Counted from the first letter of the stretch, positions 18,390-26,589 are shown. The stretch is 34,718 nt of DNA from Nitrospirota bacterium (GCA_040754455.1 JBFMCP010000034.1:1-34718), one strand, 5' to 3'. Notes: a model not told the origin generated them from the letters alone. Program-made: numbers and translations.

Positions 18390-18557
18390 GAGAAAAGGCA
18401 GAGATGGGCACTCCAGGAAGCTTTCTCATGCGCATTAATTATATATAGATATGCAACACTTCTCTATCAAATGAAGCTGGCATCGGAGTTTGATTTGTTT
18501 GTGGGATCTAAGGAGGCGCGATTAAGCTCCTTTCCGCACCCATCTCTGCCTTTTCTC
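18390..18557 (-). repeat. Copy B of the unidentified ~165-nt structured intergenic element
   Basis: Perfect 19-bp terminal inverted repeat GAGAAAAGGCAGAGATGGG (18390-18408) / CCCATCTCTGCCTTTTCTC (18539-18557); conserved blocks shared with 11587-11754. Confidence 0.8.
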
Positions 18558-18673
18558 ATTGTCAGAACAGTAAGTACGAAACCTGTTATAATAAAACAGA
18601 CGTTCATCTCAACAGCTGTTCTTCTCTGTGCTGTATCAATTGCAGCGTAGCATGACCTGAACGCAGTACTCCT

Positions 18674-19309
18674 ATGATTGAATGGACCGGATACATTAAG
18701 ATATTCACCACTTTGCTGGCGATCGTCAACCCGATCGGGATAATTCCCGTTTTCGTCAGCCTCACCAGCAGCTCTCCTGACCCTGAGCGCAACCATATCG
18801 CCCGCACCACAAGCATTTCTGTTGCAGTGATATTGATCGTAGCGACGCTGATCGGCAAACCGCTCCTGAATTTTTTCGGCGTCAGCATCGCCTCATTCAG
18901 GGTCGGCGGCGGTATTCTCCTGCTGCTCATGGCAATCGCCATGATGCAGGCAAGGGGCTCACACAGCAAGCAGACTCCTGAAGAGGCGGCGGAAGCCGGA
19001 GAAAAGGAAAGTATAGCTGTCGTACCAATCGCTATGCCGCTGCTGGCAGGGCCCGGCGCCATATCGACCGTGATCATCTACGCGGACAGGTCATTCGAAC
19101 CGGTGCATCTGGGTCTGATCATTCTGAGCAGCCTGCTGGTAGCGCTGTTGACATGGGGGGCACTGAAGGTGGCATGCCCGGTCAGCAGGGTACTGAGCAA
19201 GACCGGGATCAATATCGCAACACGCCTCATGGGCTTGCTCCTGGCAGCTATCGCTATAGAGTTCATTACCGAAGGCCTGGGCAGATTACTTCCGGGACTA
19301 GGGATGTAA
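18674..19309 (+). CDS. MarC-family integral membrane protein
   Basis: IVNPIGIIPVF, SFRVGGGILL, VVPIAMPLLAGPGAIS, TRLMGLLLAAIA. Confidence 0.95.
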   Translation: MIEWTGYIKIFTTLLAIVNPIGIIPVFVSLTSSSPDPERNHIARTTSISVAVILIVATLIGKPLLNFFGVSIASFRVGGGILLLLMAIAMMQARGSHSKQTPEEAAEAGEKESIAVVPIAMPLLAGPGAISTVIIYADRSFEPVHLGLIILSSLLVALLTWGALKVACPVSRVLSKTGINIATRLMGLLLAAIAIEFITEGLGRLLPGLGM

Positions 19310-19445
19310 AAAAGGCAGCCGCCGTCCCCATCACCTTCATCTTGAACAGCGGGGCAAACTTTGATACAGTCTAACAAGTACCCCCCTTTGTCCAAATGAA
19401 GCGGCATCGCCGTTATAAGAAACCAGAACGAAAAGGAGAGGCATC

Positions 19446-19664
19446 ATGTCTGATGGGAGCGTTTACAAGGTAATCGAGCTGGTCGGAACAAGCACGGAGT
19501 CCTGGGAGAAAGCAGCAACGACGGCTGTCGAGACAGCGGCAAAGAGTCTGCAAGACCTTCGGATCGCGGAGGTCGTCGAGATGGATATGCATATAGAAAA
19601 CGGCAAAGTGCTCGCGTACAGGACAAAAGTGAAAGTGTCGTTCAAGTATCACCCGAAGGCATAA
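19446..19664 (+). CDS. Dodecin-family flavin-binding protein
   Basis: VYKVIELVGTSTESWEKA...YRTKVKVSFKY. Confidence 0.93.
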   Translation: MSDGSVYKVIELVGTSTESWEKAATTAVETAAKSLQDLRIAEVVEMDMHIENGKVLAYRTKVKVSFKYHPKA

Positions 19665-19738
19665 CACTGAGGGCTATAACAACGAAAACCCGGCGATGCA
19701 GAGCAGCCGTTTCGAATCATGCACGCCGCTCACCACCA

Positions 19739-19763
19739 AAGGGGCCTGTTCAACAGGCCCCTT
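19739..19763. terminator. Hairpin after dodecin (probable terminator)
   Basis: AAGGGGCCTGT-TCA-ACAGGCCCCTT, perfect 11-bp stem; weak U tract. Confidence 0.5.
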
Positions 19764-20024
19764 CTCCCCCGCATAGGATCGTGCCATAACAATGAATCAT
19801 ATTGAAATAAAAAAGATAAAGCTGAATATTACCAGTTACAATTAACAAATCCCCTATTCGAACCATCAACCCCAGCCCTATTTAGTTACAAAAGGTAACA
19901 CTTTTTAGCTTTTTTCGGTTATACTTAGCAATAATGGCTCGCATCCAGCCGGAACAAAGGAACGAACCTTTGCAAGGACTTTATAAGAAAGAGCGTTAAA
20001 CGCCTTATCAGGAAGGAGGAATTT

Positions 20025-21350
20025 ATGAGTAAGAGAGGATGGATTGTTACGTTCGCAGGGATGGGGCTGAATCTGGCCCTCGGTATTCTGTATGCATGGA
20101 GCATGTTCAGCAAGCAGCTCACTGAAGCGGTGGAGAAGGGAGGCTTCGGATGGACAAAAACACAAGCTACGCTTCCTTATACGCTCTCCATCATCTGCTT
20201 CGCGATCATGATGGTGCCTGCTGGCCGTCTGCAGGACCGCTTCGGTCCCCGCATCATCGCCACCATTGGTGCGCTCCTCTGCGGCACCGGCCTTGTCGTC
20301 GCCAGCTTCGGCAGCCCTGAATCGATCGTCCCCGCACTCATCGGCTTCGGCATACTGGCGGGAACAGGCATCGGCCTCGGATATGCTGCGGCAACCCCTG
20401 CAGCAGTAAAATGGTTCCCGCCCGAAAAGAAGGGCCTCATTACCGGCCTCGTTGTCGCGGGCTTCGGCCTTGCACCCGTGTATATCGCTCCTCTTTCGAA
20501 ATATCTTTTGGCCACCTACGGCATCAATAATTCCTTCAGGATACTAGGGATTGCTTTCATCGTTGCCGCAGGCATCGTAACGCAGTTCATCAAGAACCCG
20601 GGCGCATCGCCGGCGCTCTACAAAGTGAAGTCTACAGCTGCGAACACCGCAGCACTTGTCACCCAGAACGCCAGCTGGCGCGATATGCTCAAGACACCGT
20701 CGTTCTACACCCTCTGGTTGCAGTATGCGTGCGCAGCCACTGCGGGTCTTATGATCATCGGCCACCTGGCAAAGATCGTTGCGGTGCAGTCCGGCAACAG
20801 CATCACCATCGGCTTCTTCTTCGTCGCTCTTCTTGCTGTCTTCAATGCCGGCGGACGTGTGATAGCGGGCATTGCTTCTGACTATATCGGCAGGGCCGTG
20901 ACCCTCACCTTCGTCTTTATCATGCAGGCCCTGGTCATGGCATTCTTCCCGCAGTTCAGCACGGTTACCGGTTTCATGGTCGGCTCTGCGCTGGTCGGGT
21001 TTAACTACGGCGCATGCCTCTCCCTCTTCCCTGCCACAACGGCCGACTACTGGGGCACGAAAAATCTCGGCATGAACTACGGTGTGCTCTTCACTGCATG
21101 GGGCGTGGGCGGCGTCTTCGGCCCGATACTGGCAGGTTACATCGCTGACGCGACCGGCTCTTACGCAATGGCCAACTATATCGCAAGCGGGCTCCTGATC
21201 TTTGCTGCCTTCCTGGCGATGTTCAACTATATTAATATCTCGATCAGCCTGGAGAGAAAGCAGATCGTCATCACCTTCGGAAAACAGATTAAAGCAAAAG
21301 AGATCATCGACGAGAGAACCGCGGCAGGAGAGCTTGCTCCTGTGAAGTAA
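20025..21350 (+). CDS. OFA (oxalate/formate antiporter-like) family MFS transporter
   Basis: ~12 TM; LGILYAWSMF, GRLQDRFGPR, KWFPPEKKGL, DYWGTKNLGMNYG; SD AGGAGG. Confidence 0.92.
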   Translation: MSKRGWIVTFAGMGLNLALGILYAWSMFSKQLTEAVEKGGFGWTKTQATLPYTLSIICFAIMMVPAGRLQDRFGPRIIATIGALLCGTGLVVASFGSPESIVPALIGFGILAGTGIGLGYAAATPAAVKWFPPEKKGLITGLVVAGFGLAPVYIAPLSKYLLATYGINNSFRILGIAFIVAAGIVTQFIKNPGASPALYKVKSTAANTAALVTQNASWRDMLKTPSFYTLWLQYACAATAGLMIIGHLAKIVAVQSGNSITIGFFFVALLAVFNAGGRVIAGIASDYIGRAVTLTFVFIMQALVMAFFPQFSTVTGFMVGSALVGFNYGACLSLFPATTADYWGTKNLGMNYGVLFTAWGVGGVFGPILAGYIADATGSYAMANYIASGLLIFAAFLAMFNYINISISLERKQIVITFGKQIKAKEIIDERTAAGELAPVK

Positions 21351-21360
21351 CCCAACGAAT

Positions 21361-21392
21361 AAACGGGACGGCTGAAGGACCGTCCCGTTTTT
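21361..21392 (+). terminator. Intrinsic (likely bidirectional) terminator of the MFS gene
   Basis: AAACGGGACGG/CCGTCCCGTTT stem followed by TT, 10 nt after the stop. Confidence 0.85.
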
Positions 21393-21397
21393 CATAT

Positions 21398-21436
21398 CAA
21401 AGAGAAAGGCTGTCCGGGATCGGACAGGCTTTCTCT
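21398..21436 (-). terminator. Terminator directly after riboswitch copy 1
   Basis: Minus strand AGAGAAAG-C-CTGTCCG loop CGGACAG-C-CTTTCTCTTT. Confidence 0.75.
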
Positions 21437-21443
21437 ATTGAGG

Positions 21444-21538
21444 CTGCCACCTCAGCAACCCCTCGATCCTGTGGTTAGCAGGATAGGTGGCTTTGTGCCA
21501 TACGGTTACCCGTATTTTACCTTGGTTTGGGGTGGCAG
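21444..21538 (-). ncRNA. c-di-GMP-I (GEMM) riboswitch aptamer, copy 1
   Basis: Minus strand P1 CUGCCACC/GGUGGCAG; GGUAAA-AUACGG-GUAA(GNRA)-CCGUAU-GGCACAAAGCC; P3 hairpin AUCCUG/CAGGAU; GGGGUUGCUGA. Matches the GEMM layout, with G at the position equivalent to Vc2 G20. Confidence 0.85.
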
Positions 21539-21555
21539 TTCGCCATCTTAACTAA

Positions 21556-21584
21556 TTCATACCACGCGAGCCATGTGCTGTCAA
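21556..21584 (-). promoter_or_regulatory. Sigma70-type promoter for riboswitch copy 1
   Basis: TTGACA, 17-nt spacer, TATGAA with extended TG; conserved with copy 2. Confidence 0.6.
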
Positions 21585-21614
21585 CATTTTTTTATCGTGA
21601 TAGCAGCCTGCGGC

Positions 21615-22022
21615 TTACGTACCACCCATGCCCGAAAAGGCCGCCTTCTGCTCGGCGCTCAACAGCGCACGTATATCCTCGGGAAGCCGCGCAATAGCGT
21701 CCCGTGCCTTATCGAGATCGATTGCATCCGTGAGCACGGAAAATACCGCACGGATATGTTTTTCCGCCTCAGCAGGCCCGATCTCCTCTCTGTCGGCGAC
21801 CCGCCGGATAAATTCATCCAGGCCGAATGAGCTGGCGACGTTATTCGTCATAATCGCATCCCTGATATGTGTCGGCAGCTGCCGGGCAATGCTGATTGCC
21901 TGCTCTTCGCTAAGATGCTCGCCGAGCACCTCCAGCACCGCACTCACTGCGCGCTCGGCCACACCGAACTGTTCGATTCTCCCGAACTGCTGAATGAGCG
22001 TTATAAACTCTTCATATTCCAT
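21615..22022 (-). CDS. DUF2267-family protein
   Basis: MEYEEFI...AVLEVLGEHL...ARQLP, repeated as EFIRRVADRE...AVFSVL...ARLPEDI; SD AAGGAGG. Confidence 0.8.
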   Translation of the reverse strand: MEYEEFITLIQQFGRIEQFGVAERAVSAVLEVLGEHLSEEQAISIARQLPTHIRDAIMTNNVASSFGLDEFIRRVADREEIGPAEAEKHIRAVFSVLTDAIDLDKARDAIARLPEDIRALLSAEQKAAFSGMGGT

Positions 22023-22076
22023 CTGCTTCCTCCTTGCAGCACCCCATCCTCACCTGCATTATCACCCTCTTACGGA

Positions 22077-22433
22077 TCATCCGCCGGTCTCGCCGAGTCT
22101 CCCAAACTCGTGGTACGCAACGGCTCTGCCCCCTTTGCAGAAAAATCCGGCCGGACCATCTGCTGCCAGGTCATACTCCTCATTGAAGATCGAGCAGGTG
22201 CCGCAGATGCAGGCGTTTCTGTAGTTGAGATCCCCGCACAAGGAGATACCGCTTGAGCAGTACAGGCCGGGAATCTCCTGGGGCTGTATCGATTCTTTTT
22301 TAAGGGTGTTCTGTATATTCAAAATCAACTTCTTCGCGCACTGACTATTGCCCTGGACCGGGCACTTCGGACACTGGCACTTCACCACATTATCTACGGT
22401 GAACGGGACCTTGCTTTCGACTGCTACCGCCAT
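22077..22433 (-). CDS. DUF2769-like Cys-rich small protein
   Basis: CxCxxCP, LYCSSG, CICGTCSI, FFCxxG pattern; SD AAGGAGGTGA. Confidence 0.7.
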   Translation of the reverse strand: MAVAVESKVPFTVDNVVKCQCPKCPVQGNSQCAKKLILNIQNTLKKESIQPQEIPGLYCSSGISLCGDLNYRNACICGTCSIFNEEYDLAADGPAGFFCKGGRAVAYHEFGRLGETGG

Positions 22434-22698
22434 AGATCACCTCCTTGGCTGTATTTTTCAATCTCCCTTTAATCATCCATATACTTCCAGTTTATAGGCA
22501 ATCCTATGTACCCTCAAGAAGTTAAAATGATTTCACCGTGCAGCAACAAATCTGTTCATCCTCGCATGCAGCCTCTACTTCACCGCTCCATTACTCCAGA
22601 GCACCGCACCGCAAACGGCATCCGGCGCTGCACCTCGGCATCTCATGTGTCGCGTAATTCCATAAACCGCCTCCCAGGATCTCACAAGACCAAAGACC

Positions 22699-22739
22699 AA
22701 AAGAAAAAGCCTGTCCGTTATCAGACAGGCTTTTTCTTT
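22699..22739 (-). terminator. Terminator directly after riboswitch copy 2
   Basis: Minus strand AAAGAAAAAGCCTGTCTG loop CGGACAGGCTTTTTCTTTT. Confidence 0.85.
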
Positions 22740-22746
22740 ATAGAGG

Positions 22747-22839
22747 CTGTCACCTCAGCAACCCCTCCTTCCAACTTTCATTGGAAAGGTAGCTTTGTGC
22801 CATACGGTTACCCGTATTTTACCTTTTATGGGGTGACAG
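22747..22839 (-). ncRNA. c-di-GMP-I (GEMM) riboswitch aptamer, copy 2
   Basis: P1 CUGUCACC/GGUGACAG (compensatory change versus copy 1); identical 34-nt P2 core; P3 hairpin UUCCAAU-GAAA-GUUGGAA; GGGGUUGCUGA. Confidence 0.87.
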
Positions 22840-22856
22840 TTCGTATTCTTGATTAA

Positions 22857-22885
22857 AACTTATCACGCGAGCCATGTGCTGTCAA
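22857..22885 (-). promoter_or_regulatory. Sigma70-type promoter for riboswitch copy 2
   Basis: TTGACA, 17-nt spacer, TAAGTT with extended TG; a 24-bp block is identical to copy 1. Confidence 0.65.
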
Positions 22886-23074
22886 CACCTTTTTTGCGCA
22901 AACGATTTTCTCATTGAAACCAATGGCAAAACAGCTTGAAATCCAGCCGATGAAAGAGATAACATAGGTACACCGCTTTCCTCTCTCCTTGGAGGAAGGG
23001 CGATGACCGCTGTTACCGGAAGATTGAGGCACACCTCTACACTATGAAATCGGCATCATGAAGGAGGGTTCGGT

Positions 23075-24184
23075 ATGCCTGTAAACGACCAAGCAACATC
23101 CGACCGCCAACGAATAATCGCATTACTGCTCCGAAAAATACAACTTTTGACTTTGTTGGCACTGCTGGCAGGTGCCATATGGTTTATTCTGAATACTGTC
23201 CTTGCCTATGCCGGGGAGTGTGACGGTACCGTTACACCCTGTGGTGGTTTTGTTCCGAAAAACCGGACGAAAGAGGTAATCTGCAGGGGGGTGAAATATA
23301 AGTGTGTCGGGTGCGGCGGTTGTGTTCCGGTATCCACCGGTTCGACGCCTTCAACTCGCAGCAGCGGTCGCAGTCCAAAGAGTTTCAGCCAGGGTTTGAT
23401 GATGGGGTTAATGCAAAGCTTCATGGATGGCTTTACACGTGGACTGCAAAATGGCAGCGCTGCGCAACGTCCCGGCGACGACGAGGAGGAAAGGCTCAGA
23501 AAGATCGAGGAAGAAAAACGGCTGGCCGAGTGGAAGGCAAAGGTTCAGGAGCAGATGCAGGATATGCAAAAACAATATACCCTGATGAAGGAGGAAGAGT
23601 TTAAAGAGAGCAGGCGGCGGCTTCTTCCAAAATTAAAAGGGGTGGACACCACAGCAGGCCGGCATCCTTCCAGCGGCTCATTGAGGAACCTCGCCTGCAG
23701 CCATTACTGGAGCACGAGGGCATCAGAGGAGACCGATGATGAAAGAGCAAGGCTCTACAGTGAGTATGCGGCACAGGCAATGGCAGGCGAGACGGCACGC
23801 TGCCCCAATGACCTCAATGTGCCCTTACCATCCGGAACCCCTTCATATGACCAGCAATTCAAAACAGAATTTTACGAGGTATTTGTGCAGGAGTTAAACG
23901 AGAGAGTGAGCAGTGCACTCAGACTCCGCCGGGATGTGGAAGCATCATCACAGAAGATTGAACAGGTCAGAGGGCATATCAAGCAGCTCGAGGCGAAGAA
24001 AGCGACGGCTCAGGAAAATGAGAAGCAGTACATAGATACTCTGTTGGCTGAGGCCAACGCACTGCTGCGGGAAGCGACTGAACAGGATAAGAAAGCCAAA
24101 GAGACGCTTGATATCGTCAATAAAGAAATCATAGCGCTAAAGGAAATCGACAAAACATTAGTGGGTATGGAGGCAAAAAGATGA
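23075..24184 (+). CDS. Hypothetical exported/membrane-anchored protein with a Cys-rich N-domain and coiled coils
   Basis: SD AAGGAGG; hydrophobic segment ending AYA; six Cys in ~40 aa; long heptad-rich regions. Confidence 0.8.
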   Translation: MPVNDQATSDRQRIIALLLRKIQLLTLLALLAGAIWFILNTVLAYAGECDGTVTPCGGFVPKNRTKEVICRGVKYKCVGCGGCVPVSTGSTPSTRSSGRSPKSFSQGLMMGLMQSFMDGFTRGLQNGSAAQRPGDDEEERLRKIEEEKRLAEWKAKVQEQMQDMQKQYTLMKEEEFKESRRRLLPKLKGVDTTAGRHPSSGSLRNLACSHYWSTRASEETDDERARLYSEYAAQAMAGETARCPNDLNVPLPSGTPSYDQQFKTEFYEVFVQELNERVSSALRLRRDVEASSQKIEQVRGHIKQLEAKKATAQENEKQYIDTLLAEANALLREATEQDKKAKETLDIVNKEIIALKEIDKTLVGMEAKR

Positions 24185-25560
24185 GAAGGCTCGCAGTTGT
24201 GGTTCTGCTTTGCATCATCGTTGGGATGATCGCTGGAATGGTTCCAAACGCTTCCGGTCAGCACGTGCCTGAGGAGGCCAAGCAGCACATTCTTCAGGGG
24301 AAGAATATCATTGAACAGGCGAGAGGGCCCCTTGACTATTTGAAAGCACAGGAGGAATTCGAAAAAGCGATCGGGATAGCCCCGGAGTGGCCGGATGCGC
24401 ACTATAATCTTGCCTTAATCTCCGAAGAACTCGGACAAGAGATAAAAGCCATGAAATCCTACGAGAAATATTTGCAGCTTGCAAATACCCCGGCAGATAA
24501 AAACGAGGTACTGGCCGATATAGAGAGACTCAAAAGAGCACGTGAGACCAAGAAGAAGATAGGCATGCCGGGGGTAGCCCTGACTGCGCTCAAGGACGGT
24601 ATTTACTTGAGAAGTTTTGGGCGGTTCTCAAAACTCCATCAGGCAGGCTTCAACATCGGCGATAAGATCGTCAAGGTGAATGAAAGAGATGCCGTCGGCA
24701 TTAAGCTTGAGGAGTTCTACAGGCTCTTGGAGACATCTTTTGACGGTCAGTCGCTTGGCGAAACGGTTCAAGCTCATTCCAGAGATAAAGATAGTAAGAA
24801 AAGTGTATCTATCAGCATAATCCGGGGAGGCAGTCCCAAGGTCATCATTGCACCGCATGACGCTTTTAAGAGTATCTTTTTCGAGATCGAAGACGACGAA
24901 GTCGAGGAAGAGGTCATACGGTCTCCCCGTCCGGTTTTCGTGGTCTTTTGGGCGGACTGGTGCCAACGATGCGGAACGTACCTGGCCATGCTGGAAAGTC
25001 AGGCAGAGAAACATAAGGATGAGGCGAAGTTCGTGAGCATCAACGCCACCTATAACAAGAAGGTTGCTGAAAGATTCGGCATCAGGCAACTCCCGACGGT
25101 GCTCTACTTTAAGAACGGCAGCCAGATCAGTGCATTCAGGGAGTTGTCCGGCGATCCGATAGGAGAACTCTTGGCAACCGGAAGTATTTCCGGCAAAGGC
25201 GAAAACAAAAACCACGTGGCCGAGGACATCTTGAAGGGTCTTCCGGGGATACAGCCCAGCGCCGCTCGGTACCAAGAAAAAACCGGAAAGGAGGAACTCG
25301 GCGCTACGCTGAAGGCTGTTCCTGTTTTGAAGGACGCATCGCGAGAGAAACTGGGAATGGCGGTCCAGCGGGAACAAGGAGGATTCCGGATCATGCGCGT
25401 TTTGCCGGGCTCACTGGCTGAACGTTCGGGCTTGAAGGTGGGCGATAAGATCGTACGGATAAACAGCAAGGAGTTAGGAAGTTTCTCGGAATTGGAGTTC
25501 CTCAATAGTTTGGAAAGTGAACAGAACATTATCCTCTATATCCAGAGGAGAGGCGAATGA
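24181..25560 (+). CDS. Exported TPR + PDZ-like + thioredoxin + PDZ protein
   Basis: Signal peptide; TPR (FEKAIGIAPEWPDAHYNLA); two G..GDKIV..N PDZ motifs; Trx VFWADWCQRC...FGIRQLPTVLYFKNG; ATGA overlap with the upstream gene. Confidence 0.85.
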   Translation: MRRLAVVVLLCIIVGMIAGMVPNASGQHVPEEAKQHILQGKNIIEQARGPLDYLKAQEEFEKAIGIAPEWPDAHYNLALISEELGQEIKAMKSYEKYLQLANTPADKNEVLADIERLKRARETKKKIGMPGVALTALKDGIYLRSFGRFSKLHQAGFNIGDKIVKVNERDAVGIKLEEFYRLLETSFDGQSLGETVQAHSRDKDSKKSVSISIIRGGSPKVIIAPHDAFKSIFFEIEDDEVEEEVIRSPRPVFVVFWADWCQRCGTYLAMLESQAEKHKDEAKFVSINATYNKKVAERFGIRQLPTVLYFKNGSQISAFRELSGDPIGELLATGSISGKGENKNHVAEDILKGLPGIQPSAARYQEKTGKEELGATLKAVPVLKDASREKLGMAVQREQGGFRIMRVLPGSLAERSGLKVGDKIVRINSKELGSFSELEFLNSLESEQNIILYIQRRGE

Positions 25561-26534
25561 GCAGGCCGTCCGCACCGGTCACACCTACCTGGATTGGGGG
25601 GAAGATCGTCAGAAAACTCTTGACGATAAGCCTGACGGCATTCGGTATGGCGGTCACCCTGCTTTTTTCATGGTGGGCGGTCGCCGGTGCTGGGGAGGCA
25701 GCAGGCCATGGCGAGTTCATCTCTTCCGCACTGATTAAGGCACAGGAGTTGCAAGACAACGTCCACAAGGAGATCGGGAAGCTGACAGCAGAGATCAGAA
25801 AGAACGAAGAGATCTTACGCAGGTCAGAAGAGCTTGCCGGACGCGCCCGGCAGCAGGGGAATATGAAAGCACAGATGATCGCACAAGATGCCCTGACAAA
25901 GGCCGGGGAAGCGATAAGGAAGAACAAGGTGAGCCTCAGCAGAGCAAACAATAAAGCAGAAGCTCTCAATAGAGCGATAGAGATGCTAAAGACCAGGACA
26001 GCGCACGATAGTCCGCCTGATACCATAGAGGAGCACTATACGGTTCACCGCTCAACCGGGACGTATAAAAATGGTAACAGCTTGATCATAATTAATCAGA
26101 CAAAAGAAAAAACCGAAGAGACGCCAGAGCCGCCCCCCTCTACGGAGCCTGGCATAGCCGCAATAGATTGTAAGGAGGCCCTCAAATATCTTAAGAGGAA
26201 CGACTGCTATTGCACACAGTCAAACAGGCCCCCCCTCTGCGGTGGCGCTGATGCCCACAAAGGAGACGCTCAAGAAAAAACATACGTCTTTTACTGGCAG
26301 GCGGAAACCGGACCGAGTATAAACGAGAAACTGAGCAAGAAAGAACTGAAGATGTATCGCACGTCAGGTTTTAAAGGTCACAAGATAACAGATGGTACCT
26401 ATTTCGGACGCCATTCATCATACGATGAGGCGTTCAATGCCTGCAGGCAGGCGGCAAAAAACGCAATAGCGGAGGACGCCGTGACAAATGTGCTGTGCAC
26501 CCCCACGTTCGCAGGCGGCCAGAGTATCTTTTGA
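25557..26534 (+). CDS. Hypothetical exported protein with coiled coil and Cys-rich C-terminal domain
   Basis: ATGA overlap with the upstream gene; N-terminal hydrophobic segment; six Cys in the C-terminal half. Confidence 0.78.
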   Translation: MSRPSAPVTPTWIGGKIVRKLLTISLTAFGMAVTLLFSWWAVAGAGEAAGHGEFISSALIKAQELQDNVHKEIGKLTAEIRKNEEILRRSEELAGRARQQGNMKAQMIAQDALTKAGEAIRKNKVSLSRANNKAEALNRAIEMLKTRTAHDSPPDTIEEHYTVHRSTGTYKNGNSLIIINQTKEKTEETPEPPPSTEPGIAAIDCKEALKYLKRNDCYCTQSNRPPLCGGADAHKGDAQEKTYVFYWQAETGPSINEKLSKKELKMYRTSGFKGHKITDGTYFGRHSSYDEAFNACRQAAKNAIAEDAVTNVLCTPTFAGGQSIF

Positions 26535-26589
26535 AAAAGATTAACAGAGCCGGGTCAGCGGGAAAAGTCGACCCGGCGGGTACCTGTGC

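Noticed and set aside
18390..18557. Interpretation as 6S RNA or retron msr-msd
   Set aside because: No continuous rod with a symmetric central bubble or recognisable 6S motifs; no reverse transcriptase in the window.
20544..21395. 283-aa minus-strand ORF starting just after riboswitch copy 1
   Set aside because: Antisense shadow of the MFS gene with non-protein-like composition; it starts at the edge of the terminator hairpin and has no SD.
21444..22839. cGAMP-specific (GEMM-Ib) assignment for the aptamers
   Set aside because: Both read GGUAAA, with G at the discriminator position rather than the A typical of cGAMP-selective variants; ligand specificity still needs testing.
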